DNA from: Eledone cirrhosa
Taxonomy: Eukaryota
DNA: 64,000 nucleotides
Assembly (NCBI GenBank): GCA_964016885.1
Contig: OZ024743.1
Coordinates: forward strand, 372,000,001-372,064,000
Direction of reading: 5' to 3'
Under the pieces are notes generated by a model. It was given only the letters and a program-made list of their open reading frames with translations. It was not told the DNA's origin and searched no databases. The position numbers and the translations under genes were made by a program. Shown here in pieces: positions 37,953 to 50,049 of the stretch; position 1 is the first letter of the stretch, and each line of letters begins with the position of its first letter.

Positions 37953-38168
37953 TTGAACCTCTACAGAATATCCCCTAATTTTCACCATAGAATCACACCG
38001 TCCACATATTTCCAAGTCACCATTTGACAGCATATAACCCCAATCACCAGTTCGATATAATGTAGTGGGTTGGCTAGTCAAAGAGCGTTTCGTCTTTATG
38101 AACCTTTCAGCATTTAAGTTGGGCATCTTCAGATAACCAGTGGCAAGTGTTGGGCCACCTATGTAAAT
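37953..38168 (-). CDS. NRPS-like A-T-R enzyme, exon 3 (A6-A8 motifs)
   Basis: tacag|ATTTAC...GTTCAA|gtaagt; IYIGGPTLATGYLKMPNLNAERF...LYRTGDWG...ICGRCDSMVKIRGYSVEVQ. Confidence 0.96.
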
Positions 38169-38589
38169 CTGTAAAAATTAATGTGTTGTTGCTGTTATCA
38201 TTGCTATTTTATTGACACGAGGTTTGTTGATATGATTGAAGTTGATGCTTTTGCATGACCACAGTCCAATGACTAAAACTAGTAAAAAGATATTTTAAGG
38301 CCATTTTCTCTGCTAAAACAAGGGTTAGCTTTGCTAGCTTCATGACAAGCTTCTTCATTTTGCTCTATTGTCTAAATCATCAATTTTTAGTTATGTTTTT
38401 CTTGGTCTTCCCCTTCCCCTACTTCAATCATTCCTCACACCCAGTCACTGTCATACTTCTTCAACATGACCCAACCATTTCATTTTATTTCCCTTCACAA
38501 CATTCATTACTGGTCCTCTCCCCCAGTCACTTTCATCCTTCCATAACAGATTACAAAACTATCTCATTCTAGTTCTTTTTGTAACATCC

Positions 38590-38778
38590 ACCATTGTATG
38601 ATTGTACTGGCAGTATCGGTAGAGGGTTGGACGCCATGCTTTGACGTATAGAGTTACGGCCCTTGCCATTCTGAGTTCAAATCCTGCCGAGGTTAACTTT
38701 GCTTCGGGGTCGATAAAATAAAGTACCAGTAATGCACTGGGTAATTGTTGGCCTTGTGCCAAACATAGAAACAATTAT
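38590..38778 (+). mobile_element. tRNA-derived SINE
   Basis: A-box-like tggcagtatcggtagag, B-box gagttcaaatcc, family body aaagtaccagtaatgcactggg. Confidence 0.8.
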
Positions 38779-39099
38779 CTGTATTACTTGTGCATTATAT
38801 AAGTTGTTATATAACTTTCAGAGGTTCCAAAAACCTATATGAGATTCTATTGATTATATCGATTTTAATCAATCAGAAATGGTCCAGGTATGAAAAACCT
38901 GTATAAAACCTTTCATAATTTTTTGTATGTATAATTGGTGCATTTGGTCAGTTTTCTAACTCTTGGACTTAATGTTTGTTTTTAACTTTTGATCCATTGA
39001 GTGCTTTGTGATTGCCTAAAAAAAAATCAAATGTTGTACAACAGTTAAACTTCAATTTACAATTACTATATAAATACATATATATATAATACAGAAGAC

Positions 39100-39432
39100 C
39101 TGAATTCCCATGGGCACAGACTGTAGCTGAAGCATATATATAGCATGCACCACTCCACCCACCCACTACCATACATCCCCATGAGGAAAAACTGAAGTAT
39201 ACATCCAGTGAAGCCCCAAGCCCACACTGTAAAGTGGTCATAGGCATCATGACAAAAAGCACCCATGAGGTTGGCGATAGGAAGGGCATCCAGCTGTAGA
39301 AACCAAGCCAAAATCAGTTCTGTATGAGCAAGGCATGGTCACCTGACCTGTCATTGCCCACAATAGGATAACTCATCTAACCCATGCCAGCATGAAAAAG
39401 TGGACATTAAACAATGATGATGATGGTGATGA
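39100..39432 (+). mobile_element. RTE 3' UTR fragment
   Basis: aggaagggcatccagctgtagaaa, aacccatgccagcatg and (GAT)n tail. Confidence 0.8.
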
Positions 39433-39445
39433 TATGAATTCTTAC

Positions 39446-39556
39446 CTCCCCAGACACTCCAACAGGTTGAAGTTCCAGATTTTCGTTCATGATTGCTATT
39501 TCAACATTAGGTAGCTGTTTACCAACTGGAGAAAACTTTCGTCTTTCAAAAGTAGC
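39446..39556 (-). CDS. NRPS-like A-T-R enzyme, exon 2
   Basis: aacag|GCTACT...GGGGAG|gtaaga; ATFERRKFSPVGKQLPNVEIAIMNENLELQPVGVSGE. Confidence 0.93.
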
Positions 39557-39849
39557 CTGTTTTGGGTGAGGAATTGGTGGATTAAAGAATTTATTTATAA
39601 CACATGTATGAAGATGAAGAATTTAATGATAGGAACCAATGGCATCAACCAAATAACATATAACACAATTGCATGAAAACAAACCAATGAGGAAGCCTGA
39701 ACATGGTCATTTAATCAGCTGGAGACAGCAACCACGTTTCCCTTGAATCACAACATACCACCTTAGAAATAGTAGTGATATAATGGATAATGTAGTCCTC
39801 AAAGTTGTGGTAAGAAACTGTCAGGAGAGCTGAACACCAGAAGGTCTTC

Positions 39850-41090
39850 AGAGAAGAAACCCCCCTCAAATGACCGTTACAGCGCTTAACTTCTTAAGGA
39901 GGCCGGGCTGCATTCTGCTGACATTTAGCCATTCAGATATCAGAAACTTGCTATGTATTTAAACTGTTTCCATAAACTGGAATGGAGTACAATATCCAGC
40001 CTTAAGCCACTCTTCCTGATGATTTCTGGTTGTTTTGCCAATCCTGGTAGGTCAGCTGTACACTTCCAGTCATAAGCTCCACCCAGAAGACTCCACTCCC
40101 ATGCCCTCTATGGATAGCTGTTCCTGGCCATGATTTGCTGCCTCCTGGTGTATAGAATGTTGCTGAAGATTCTCATGATACAGATTTTACTTTTTCTGTA
40201 CTTATCACATGTACAATCTTAAGCACTTGATTGTGTCCCCACATGTATCTTTCTTGGGCTAACGCTACTCTGCATGAACACAGAACATTTTCCACCAGCT
40301 ATCTACCCTGGTAGAGTGGGCACTCAGGGTCATCTGATTTACCCCATTTCATAAGATTTGTATTTGAGGACAGATCACAGACAGATCTGAGGAGAAAACT
40401 GATTCTAACAGGTGCCTTATGCCACAAGTCATCCCAAATGGAGTACACCTTCCCACATCATCCACTGGCCCTGTTGGCTATGCTGAACTGCCTTCCAGAG
40501 TCTTCTGGAATCCTCTTTTTTCTTCACCTCCTGTAAAATCAGATCTCTCCTCATCTTTCCCCTGGCCTCTGACCACCATTCCAATTTTGTTATACCCAGT
40601 CCTTGCCTACTCGCCTGAGTGTGTCCCATTACATCTCTGATCATAAGGCTTTCTTTTGCTGCCTCCTGGACCTTCCATCAGCCTGTCTTAAGCTTGGGCC
40701 AGATCATCCTCACAACCTTGTATTCCAACTTCTCAAGCATGGTCAAGAGCCTTGCTTCTTTGACTTTGTACTCCTCAATGATGGATTTGAGGGATAACAT
40801 CAGCTTGATCTGACAACTGTAGAGTGCTACATCAGTGAGATCTGGTGGGACATCAAGCCACTTCCTTGTGTATTTGTTGATTTTGGTCTCCACCATACCA
40901 AAGCTGATATCGTATATCAGTAGAGGCTAGAGAAGCTTTGGGATCAACATGAACTGCAAACACCAAACCTTATGATCTGTAGACCTTTTTCCACCATTTG
41001 CCTTGTTTTGGCTCCTCTTTTTGTATCTTTCAGGGTGTCATTATCCCACCTTCCGAGGCTTTTGACTAGTTCCTCAGCCCCTGCTGGGAT
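39850..41090 (-). mobile_element. Decayed RLE-type non-LTR retrotransposon (Hero/NeSL-like)
   Basis: Minus strand: KVWCLQFMLIPKLL, INKYTRKWL, IEEYKV, RQGLG, QQGQW, PECPL, RYMWGHNQVLK. Confidence 0.75.
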
Positions 41091-41578
41091 ATTATAGTTT
41101 CAGATGTACAGCATCACCAGAGAATTCAGCACTATACTTTTGACCATTTGGTAGATGAAAGAATCAATCAAACCCTGGTTGATTTTGAGAATAGTAACAA
41201 CACCCATGCTAGCGTGGAAGAACGGACGTAAAACGGTGATGATGATGATGATGAACACACCCAGAGAAGCTTAAAGACTGATAAAAGAACTTTCTGGTAA
41301 GAAGAGGAGGAATAATGTGGTATATATCCAAGGGGAAAACCAACCTGTGACTTGGAAGGAGCATGTTTACAAATTCCTATCAGCTGACAATCATTGTGAG
41401 CCAGATGTACAACTGACCCACCACCATCACCCCCATTACCACTATAATCACCACCACCACAACCACAACCATAAGCAGCAGCAGCACCATCACGAGCAGC
41501 AGCACCATTACCACCCGCCTGTCACCACCACCACCACCACCATAACCAACAACAGTAACTATGAATCAATAAGGAACA

Positions 41579-43174
41579 TTGGGTTGTAACAAAAGTTTGC
41601 AGCATTTTTCTATTGGTTATGTTTAATCACGACACTAATTTGATCAAGTGACAGAAGCATATGTCATATATATATATTTTCTGAAAGAGGAAATCTCAAC
41701 ACATTTTTCTATTCTCAATATTGTGCAGATTATTTACTTCTACTGTTTTTATGATAAAATTGAAAATGGGAGGAAATGAGATACATTTTCATCATTTCAT
41801 GCTCTTTTATTTCAGCACTTTTATGCTGCACAGAAAACAATAAAGATATGTGCTGTTTATAGCAATGGTACCATAGCTGATAGTACTGTTCGCAAGTGGT
41901 TTGCTAGGTTTAGAGCCAAAACTTTTGACCTCAAATACCCTGCCCATTCAAGCATGCCTATAGTTGATAATAACCAAATAGAGATTTTAATCAAACATAA
42001 TCCAGGTAACAGAGCGTGAGACATTGCAGAGATACTTCACATATCCCATATGAGTGTTACAATTTATTTGAAAACACTTGGATACGTGAATTGCTATGAT
42101 GTTTGGGTGCCTCATAATTTATTTGAAAAAATTTTAATTGAGCGTATTTCCATCTGTGATTCTCTGTTAAAAAAAACAAAAACAATCCCTTTTCGAAAAA
42201 AATGATCATGGTTGATGAAAAATGGATTGTTTACAACAATGTGGAGCATAAAAGAAGGTGGAGAAAATGAAATTTACATTCCAAAAGCTGGTCAGTATCC
42301 AAAGATGATAATGCTTTGTATCTGGTGGGATTGGAAGGGTTAGGGTTAGGGTTATGAACTCCTTCCATGAAATCAGACATTAAATTCAGACTATCATTGT
42401 TCTCAGTTAGACAGATAAAAGAAGGTAATCAATAAAAAATGTCCAGAATTGGCAAACCAGAATGGTGTGGTCATACATCAGGACAACGTTAGACCACATG
42501 TTTATTTTTGCAGACATAGCAAGGCGGCACATGGCTTAGTCGTTAGAGCATTGGCTTTGCAATCGAAAAGTTGTGAGTTCAATTCTCAGACCGGGTGATG
42601 TGTTGTTTCCTTGAGCAAGACACTTTATTTCACATTGCTCCAGTTTACTCAGCTGTAGAAATGAGATGATAGGGACTGGGGTCCATATCATTCCACTACA
42701 AAGTGGTCGTGGAGGTGCCACGGCAAAACAGCACCCAGCACTCACTGTAAATGAGGTTGATGTTAGGAAGGGCATCCAGCTGTAGAAATCAAGCCAGAAT
42801 CAGTTCTCGTCCCACCCTTGCAAGCAGGGAAAAGCGGACGTAAAATGATGATGATGATAGCAGAAATTGGTACAGCTTGGCTTGGATGTTCTACTGTCCC
42901 CACCTTCGGGTTGTCATTGATTTCAATCCCTACAAACTTTCCTTAATAAGAGGAACTTCGATACTTTAGAAGACATCAAAACCCACCTATACCAGTTCAT
43001 GACCTAGAAAGATGCCAAGTTGTGGGTGGATCGGACCATGAAGTTGCCTCAAAAATGGTGAATGGTAGTGGAACAAAATGGAAAATATGTCATTGAATAA
43101 AGTTATGTACAACTATTTAAAAATTGGTAAAGAATTTCAGTTAAAAAATGCTATGAACTTTTGTTACAATCCAA
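41579..43174 (+). mobile_element. Mariner DNA transposon, full extent with decayed transposase
   Basis: ~30-bp TIRs ttgggttgtaacaaaagtt..gcatttt / aaaatgc..aacttttgttacaatccaa; motifs WVPHNL, DEKWI, LCIWWDWKG, HQDNVRPH. Confidence 0.92.
42523..42858 (+). mobile_element. tRNA-derived SINE with RTE-derived 3' tail, inserted in the mariner
   Basis: tggcttagtcgttagagca A box, gagttcaattc B box, ccttgagcaagacactt core, RTE tail with (GAT)n; flanking atagca duplication. Confidence 0.88.
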
Positions 43175-43405
43175 TAAAAACCATTCAGTATAATTTAATG
43201 TAAGCACCTTTCTTAAGTTATGTGATAAACAACAGCTTATTGACAAATTAATTATGTTACTAAATCCTTCCAAATTCTTGATTAATTTCAAAATTATTTG
43301 AAAATCATAGGCAATGTCTTTCATTTGAAATATTGTAAAGAAGCAAACAATAGGATGATGAAAATGAGGATGAGCATCATCATTTCTTTAAAAAGAAGTT
43401 TTTAC

Positions 43406-43559
43406 CTTGTTATGTGTGTAACACTGTGTCAAATCTACACAGGCAACGTCATGGCATTCAGATATGCTGTAGAGGTTGACAAACTGGATGTGAGGTAAAG
43501 ATTCAATACATCTTTTGAAAAATGTTGCTGTAACAACTTCTCCACAGAATATGATGCAT
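43406..43559 (-). CDS. NRPS-like A-T-R enzyme, exon 1 in window (A-domain pocket and A5 region)
   Basis: ttacag|ATGCATC...AACAAG|gtaaaa; CIIFCGEVVTATFFKRCIESLPHIQFVNLYSISECHDVACVDLTQCYTHNK. Confidence 0.93.
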
Positions 43560-43922
43560 CTGTAATACAGAACAATACATCATGGTCTGAAAAAATCAAC
43601 ACCAGTCCTCAAAAATAAAAAAAAATAAAGCATACACATTCTCTCTCTCTCCCCCTCTCACTTTCTCTCTCTCCCCCTCTCACTTTCTCTCTCTCTCTCT
43701 CTCTCTCTATCTCACACACACAGAGTTTTCTTTACTATGTACTGGGGTTTTATTCTCCTTCCTGTTCATGGTAGTGGTAGTGGTGTTGGTATTTATGTTG
43801 GTAAAACTGTGAATAGGGTGAATTTCGCGATTCGTTTATCCATATATCATCATCATCATCATCATCACCGTTTTACATCCGTTCTTCCACGCTAGCATGG
43901 GTTATATATATATATATATATA

Positions 43923-46800
43923 TATAATTGAATATAAAAGAGAGATAAACACAGATATATACATATATGTATTCAAATGGGACCAGATTCGCTAGGGTGA
44001 AAAAAATACTATATTCAATTATATTACACGGCCCGGAAAAATCTCTTTCCTTGCTATTTAATTGTAAGAGACTATTTTGAGTACTTTGATATATTCGGTT
44101 CCTTGAATTTGTAGAGCTAATTTAAATGTTGAGTAAACTTGGCTGCTATTTTTAGTAGTATACATTTATGAGACATGCTAGGTTCTGATGCCATGTGTGT
44201 TATTTTATATATGCACACTATTCAGTCTTCTGAGATACTTAGAAGTGAAGGGTTTACTAATTTTACACCCACTGATGAGGAAAAGAATTGGTAATTCCCT
44301 TCACTAAAATTGCTAAACAGCATTACCAAAAGCTGTCTGAATGTCTGGCAGTTGCTCCAATATCGGTTTGTATTTCTTTTCTTGATTTATTCTTTTAAAT
44401 TGAGTCTGGCAAACCCTATTTGAACACATATATGTATATATCTGTGTTTATCTCTCTTTTATATTCAATTATGTTACACGGCCCGGAAACATTTATTTCC
44501 TTGGGCTATTTTATTGTAAGAGACTATTTTGAGTTTCTAACTCAATATATACCTTTGATATATATATATATAGTAATAATAATAAATGTAAAGATTGAAA
44601 TCCAAAGAGGGCTGGTGTTGTTTCTGCATGATGAATATAAGTCAATAGAGTGCTCAACCGAGGGAGCCAAATAGTAATAATAATAAATGTGAAGACTGAA
44701 ATCCAAAGAGGGTTCGATAAGGATAAGATAATACGTCATTATGTGGAGCGATGAGAACAAATACACGCAAAGACAAAACCACGTTAATGGTATAAATGGA
44801 GCCGTAGACTAATATTCTATTTAGGAAACCGAAGGATTCTCGGCTTCAGAGTTAAGAATAATGTAAATAAATTAGTAGAACGAAAATGACAGAGGTTATT
44901 AAAATCATAAAAGTAATAATAATTAAATATATACATACACACATCTATATATGTACATATATGTGCATACGCGAAAACACCCACCATGCATGTACACATA
45001 AACACGCACACACATACATAAACCCGCACGACACATGTACCCGCGCACATACGAACGTATACACCAAATACACATAAAAATATATATATGTGTGTGTGTA
45101 TACATATAATTATATAAACGTATATAAATATAAATATACACACACAAATACGTATATAACACATGCGCACACATACCTACAGGTAAATACACATATGTTC
45201 ACCAAATGAATGTATAACATAACTCAAAGTACACATATACACACCTTACAAATGTGCAAACACGCATACACCAACAAACACAAAATACACGTATACACAT
45301 AACCATATATATAATATAATATATACACCTATAACAAATACAAGCATATATACGTACGAGAAAGTATATGTGCCTCCACAAAACATACAGGTAAGGTGTA
45401 CTACCTATACAAATAAGTAATGGTATAAACATAAAATATACTTAGCTACCACAGCAAGACATAAATTATCCACGTATTGTTTGTACTATCCGTTAGGGTA
45501 TAATGTGGGGCTGCAATACAGGAAAGTTTTATGCAATTTGTGTTTACAAGCCGAAATTGCCTCAGATTTTTTTGTTTAAGATGTAATCCTTGGCGTAGAG
45601 TATTTCCAGGGCTTCAGCGGCACAAAGATCACATGGTCTTTTATTTCGATTATACAATCTAGCTTTAGCTAGGATCTCCCAGTGTAACCTATATTGGGTG
45701 TGGTTGTCTTTTAGACTCCAGATATAAGCTGACAGTGACATCATATTCCTTCTTAAAGGTTAAGAAAAGAATGGGTGTGCATGAAAAGACGCTGCGGTCA
45801 AATGAGCTGGACAGATTGGTGACAACCAAGCATATAATTAGAAAAATCCCCAACACAGGAGATTTTATGTGAGTGGGAGAAATATACAGTTGGACTTAAT
45901 GATTTTGAAATTTAAAATATGACGTAAGTAGATTGGTAAAAAAATATATAAATATTAACCATTAGACAGTTTATATGTTACTTATATTAGCTTAGAATAA
46001 ATGCTATCCTAAATATATATATATATTATACGAAAGAAAACAATATTTTAGGATGCAAGAATCATATTGTAACTATATCATAAAGAAGAAAAATTAGGAT
46101 TATAAAATTCTAAGGTAAATTATCCGTGTTTATGTATAATTTAAATTGGTATTATATGAGTGGAAAGATATTCAACAATTGGTATGGATTTTTTAAATAT
46201 AACTGATATGGTTATAATGCTATGAGATAAATTATTTAGTTCAAAAGAAGAGATGCAATTACCATGGCCTAATTTATCCTTTCAACAATTATATTTAAGT
46301 AGGTATTATACACATAGAGGCAGTGGCGGACGGGCCAGGTTGCCCATTTAACTTCTCTCTTGAAAGAGTGGCGATGGTTGTACCATCTTTCTTTAAATGT
46401 TGAAGAGGTGGAACCAATATAGTTATAGGACTTATCTTTTGTTTAAACTATGCATTTATAAACTAAATTACGATCAATACTATTTACAATACTTATGTTA
46501 CTATTCGATGATGCCACTCTGTGTCTATAAGTCGTTAGATTTTCGTTGTCTATGTTGCTGATGTAATCATTGCTAAATGAGATGTTAATTCCATTAGTGC
46601 TTCCAAGATTATCATTATGAGTTAACATTATTGAGTTAGTTCTGAGATTTCTGTTGTTAATTTTAGCTATATTTTGGGCAATATTTTTAGTAGTTGAGTA
46701 GGAAAGTTTGATTGAGTGTTAAAGATTCTACTATATTTATGTTTTTGGAAAACATTTATCAAGAGCATTAAAGAAAAGATAAGCTAAGTTCTTCTTGATT
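43923..46800 (-). mobile_element. Penelope-like relic (pseudo-LTR plus GIY-YIG fragments)
   Basis: Minus strand: VYKC...YIGSTSSTFKERWYNH (~46360-46470) and LSAYIWSLK..CDLCAAE (45562-45744); inverted 43923-43980/44417-44472 and direct 44010-44085/44462-44538 repeats. Confidence 0.75.
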
Positions 46801-47044
46801 CCTAATGATAATGGTGGACTATACCACAAAACAGAAAGGGATTGTACTCTTTTACAAAACTTATTGGTTTTAAAGGAGTTACATCGATTCAAAATCAGAT
46901 TTGTCCTGACTCCAATCTCCCCGCTCCCACCATATAGAAATAAACATTCAATAGATATTAACCCTAACGCACATACAGTTTATAACAATTCTAATAATGC
47001 TGATATCCAAAACCTAAGATGTAGACAATCCTCTCCACATGAAA

Positions 47045-48510
47045 ACAAAAACAAAAAACTACACCGCTTACCAACAAAGAGTGAAAAATAAAATAGAAAT
47101 GATGTTTGGAGACAGTACAACCAGAACTTTTCAGCCAATAACCCTCAAACAAGTATTGAGAGCTGTCAGTGAGACAGAAGATGGTGGCTGAAAGAAAAAT
47201 AATTAATAAAAGATTCAGACGAAACCAAACATCAGTCTGTAGAGGTATGAAGGGCAAAGTAATAAATGTCACTGAGGCCCCATCCCAGAAAGACATAGAT
47301 TCCTTCTGGAGAAAAATATGGAGTGAAAGAAGAATTTCAACCAAGATGCAGTGTGGCTGAAAGAAACCCAAAAGAATGACTGCCCCTTCACTACAACAGA
47401 AACATACAGAATAAATGATGATACTCTTGAGACTGTGATAGGAAAACTCCAAGATAAGGAAGAGACTTGATTGTCAGCTACTGGTACAAAAAAACTGACA
47501 TTCTATCAGATGTATCTCATCAACCTCTACCAACAAGCTCTCAAAGGAGATGCACATATACCAGTGTGGTTGACATTAGCACAAACAATATTGGTCCCCA
47601 AGAAGAAAGACACCCACTTGGCAAAATCTACCAACCCATTGCATGCCAGAATTTAATGTATAAAATGTATACAGCCTGCCTAAACCTATTTTTCCAAGAT
47701 CACTGTGACAGTAATAACATCATCACATGAGCAAGCAGCTGGGAAGAAAAGTGTTTGGAGATGTGCTGAATAACTCCAAATTAATAAAACCATGATGTCA
47801 GAGGTGCAACAACTTAGGAGGAATATGGTTACAGTCTGGCATTTGATTCTGTTCTCCACTCTTGGATGATAGAGGCCTTCCAACTCGCTAAAGTCACAGA
47901 TACTATTATCAGAGCCATAGAGAAGCTGTCTAATTCTTGGGTTACTATCCTAAAGTTAAAAACAGAGAAGAGGGACTCTATTTTCACTGATAAAATAGAA
48001 TATCACAGGAATATATTTCAAGGAGACAGTCTTTCTGTGCTACTATTTATTCTATCATTAAACACCTTGTCCTTTCTGTTCAAGAAATGTGAAGGATACA
48101 TAATTGGTTCACAGAAGGACAGAAATACGAACCTAACTCATATCTTTGTGGATGACTTGAAACTCTATGCCAAAAACATAAATTGGATGAAGAAAAATTT
48201 TGACCTGTTTATGACATTCTCAAAGGATATAGGAATGGAATTTGGCCAGAATAAATGTTCATATATGACTGTAAAGCGGCGGGGAAACTACAACCCTATC
48301 TAGCAACATTTTTATCAATGGCCTAACTGTTTAACCAATATCTGATGAGGACTGCTACAGATACCTAGGGGTAGATGAGAATATATCCTATAATGGTATT
48401 TGTAATAAGGAACACATAACCAGGGAATATTACACTCGATTAAGAAAAATATGGTCATCTGAAATCTCTGCACACAATAAAACAGTGGCTCACAATGTGT
48501 TTGCTGTGCC
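47045..48510 (+). mobile_element. R4/Dong-like non-LTR RT fragment, inverted duplicate of ~58338-59700
   Basis: YQPIACQN, IFQGDSLS, FVDDLKLY, YRYLG; near-identical to the minus copy. Confidence 0.88.
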
Positions 48511-49199
48511 AACACATGAAAACTGTTACAGATACCTAGGGGTAGATGTAAATATATCCTACGATGGTATCTGTAATGTGATTTGCGAGTTGGGTGGCAT
48601 GTCTCCCAGCTCGCAAATCACATATGGAGCGTTAAGAACAACGACACACCTTTTCCATCAAATGGAGGATATAGTATATACTTTCACAACTAGCTTCAGA
48701 TAAACCCTGCCTCAACATACCTTGATTGCTTTGGCAGCTGTCTTCATGAGACAAAGTATATTTTGAGTAAATGGCTTAGATTTGATTAACAGATCTAGAA
48801 GTATACTTTGATTTACTGACTATCTTGTATATCAAGGAAATTGAATTTTTTGAGTCAACTAGAAAAAATTATTTTTCTATTTTTATTCAATCTTGACTGT
48901 GTCTCTCCCTTGAATTCACCTTCTAATTAAAAAAACAAACAAACCTTTTTCTAACTAATTTCTAAATTACCTGCCTTTTTTTAAACTCTTATGATATATA
49001 AAAGAAAAGTACAATCAACTCCAGGCAGCTATCTTTATTTTTCTTTTTCTTATGACAAACTGAATGAGTTGGGGTCCAGAACCTAATGAAACTTAAGTAC
49101 CTGTTTATGTCACTGTTGTAATATTTATACTAAACTTCTCCTATTGACTGAGTGCTCTTACTCTTTTCTACCAAACTTTTACTACAGTATATATATATA

Positions 49200-49330
49200 T
49201 CTACTATATAAATGGCAATTTCTGCCTGTCTGTGTGCAACCGGTTAGCATCTAAACCAATGATCCGATCCTGATGAAACTTTACATACATGTTAAGCTTA
49301 TATTCAGGAACAAGACTGGCTAATTGGATT
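49200..49330 (+). mobile_element. Helitron 5' terminus (non-autonomous relic)
   Basis: A|TCtactatataaatggc..tgtctgtgtg..atccgatcctgatgaaact, a Helitron-like 5' end following a (TA)n tract. Confidence 0.55.
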
Positions 49331-50049
49331 TCAATAAAAATAATGGAACCCCTGGGGACATTAAACCCTCCCTCTCACTACTCCCTTTCCTCCTCCTTCA
49401 ACTCAGTCCTCCAAAACGAGGCAACAACCTATTTGTTTTTTTGTTTTTCATTCTGTCTACAGAATGAGAGAAAGAGAGAGAGCCAAAGAGAGAGAGAGGG
49501 GGGATTAGGGAAGAGAAAGAAAACAGAAAAATGATAGCATAGTTCGATAACTAACTTTTATTTATTTATTTTTTAAACGCTTCTTAACTAACTCCCTTTT
49601 TAACGTTACTTCTCTTTCTCTCTCTCACAAAAGTCGTAATGAGACTGTGTGTGTATGTGATCGTGTGTGCCTTGGTGTTCTTAAATTAGAGACAAGTGTG
49701 AGTATGTGTGTGTTTATCACCGTACTTAAGTTAGAGACATATATATCCCAGTCTACTGTCTCATGTATGTATATATATATGAAACAGAAAGGAAAGGTTG
49801 TATGTGACACCTCGATTTGCTAGAAATATTAGCAAAATCCATTTCAAATCACAGCGAACAGTCTTACACACACAAACATACACACATGCATGTGTGTGTA
49901 CGTATGTATGTATGTCATGGAAGCCGCTATAACTGTTGTTGTACCTAAAAGAAATAGAAAATCTCCGTCAAACAAGATCCTACTGCCATAGAGGTAAATG
50001 TTGGTGAAAGCTACAGTGTAAACATTTTAATTAACCCAGGCTCTGCTGC

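Noticed and set aside
41317-41589. His/Gln/Thr-rich ORF, and similar ORFs at 5629, 12436, 34213 and 44817
   Set aside because: Translations of (CAC)n, (CA)n and (TA)n microsatellites.
42523-42595. tRNA gene
   Set aside because: A and B boxes are present, but the sequence continues into a SINE body and RTE tail with a target duplication.
10390-43559. Bacterial contamination or recent transfer of an NRPS; identity as Ebony or AASDH
   Set aside because: The gene has eight spliceosomal introns filled with host repeats, and the domain after the carrier is an SDR reductase rather than the Ebony C-terminal or PQQ-like domain.
48721-48858. AG...GT-bounded minus-strand segment as a possible upstream exon
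   Set aside because: Stops in all three frames and no A-domain similarity; I found no further host exon in 43560-64000 or 1-10389.
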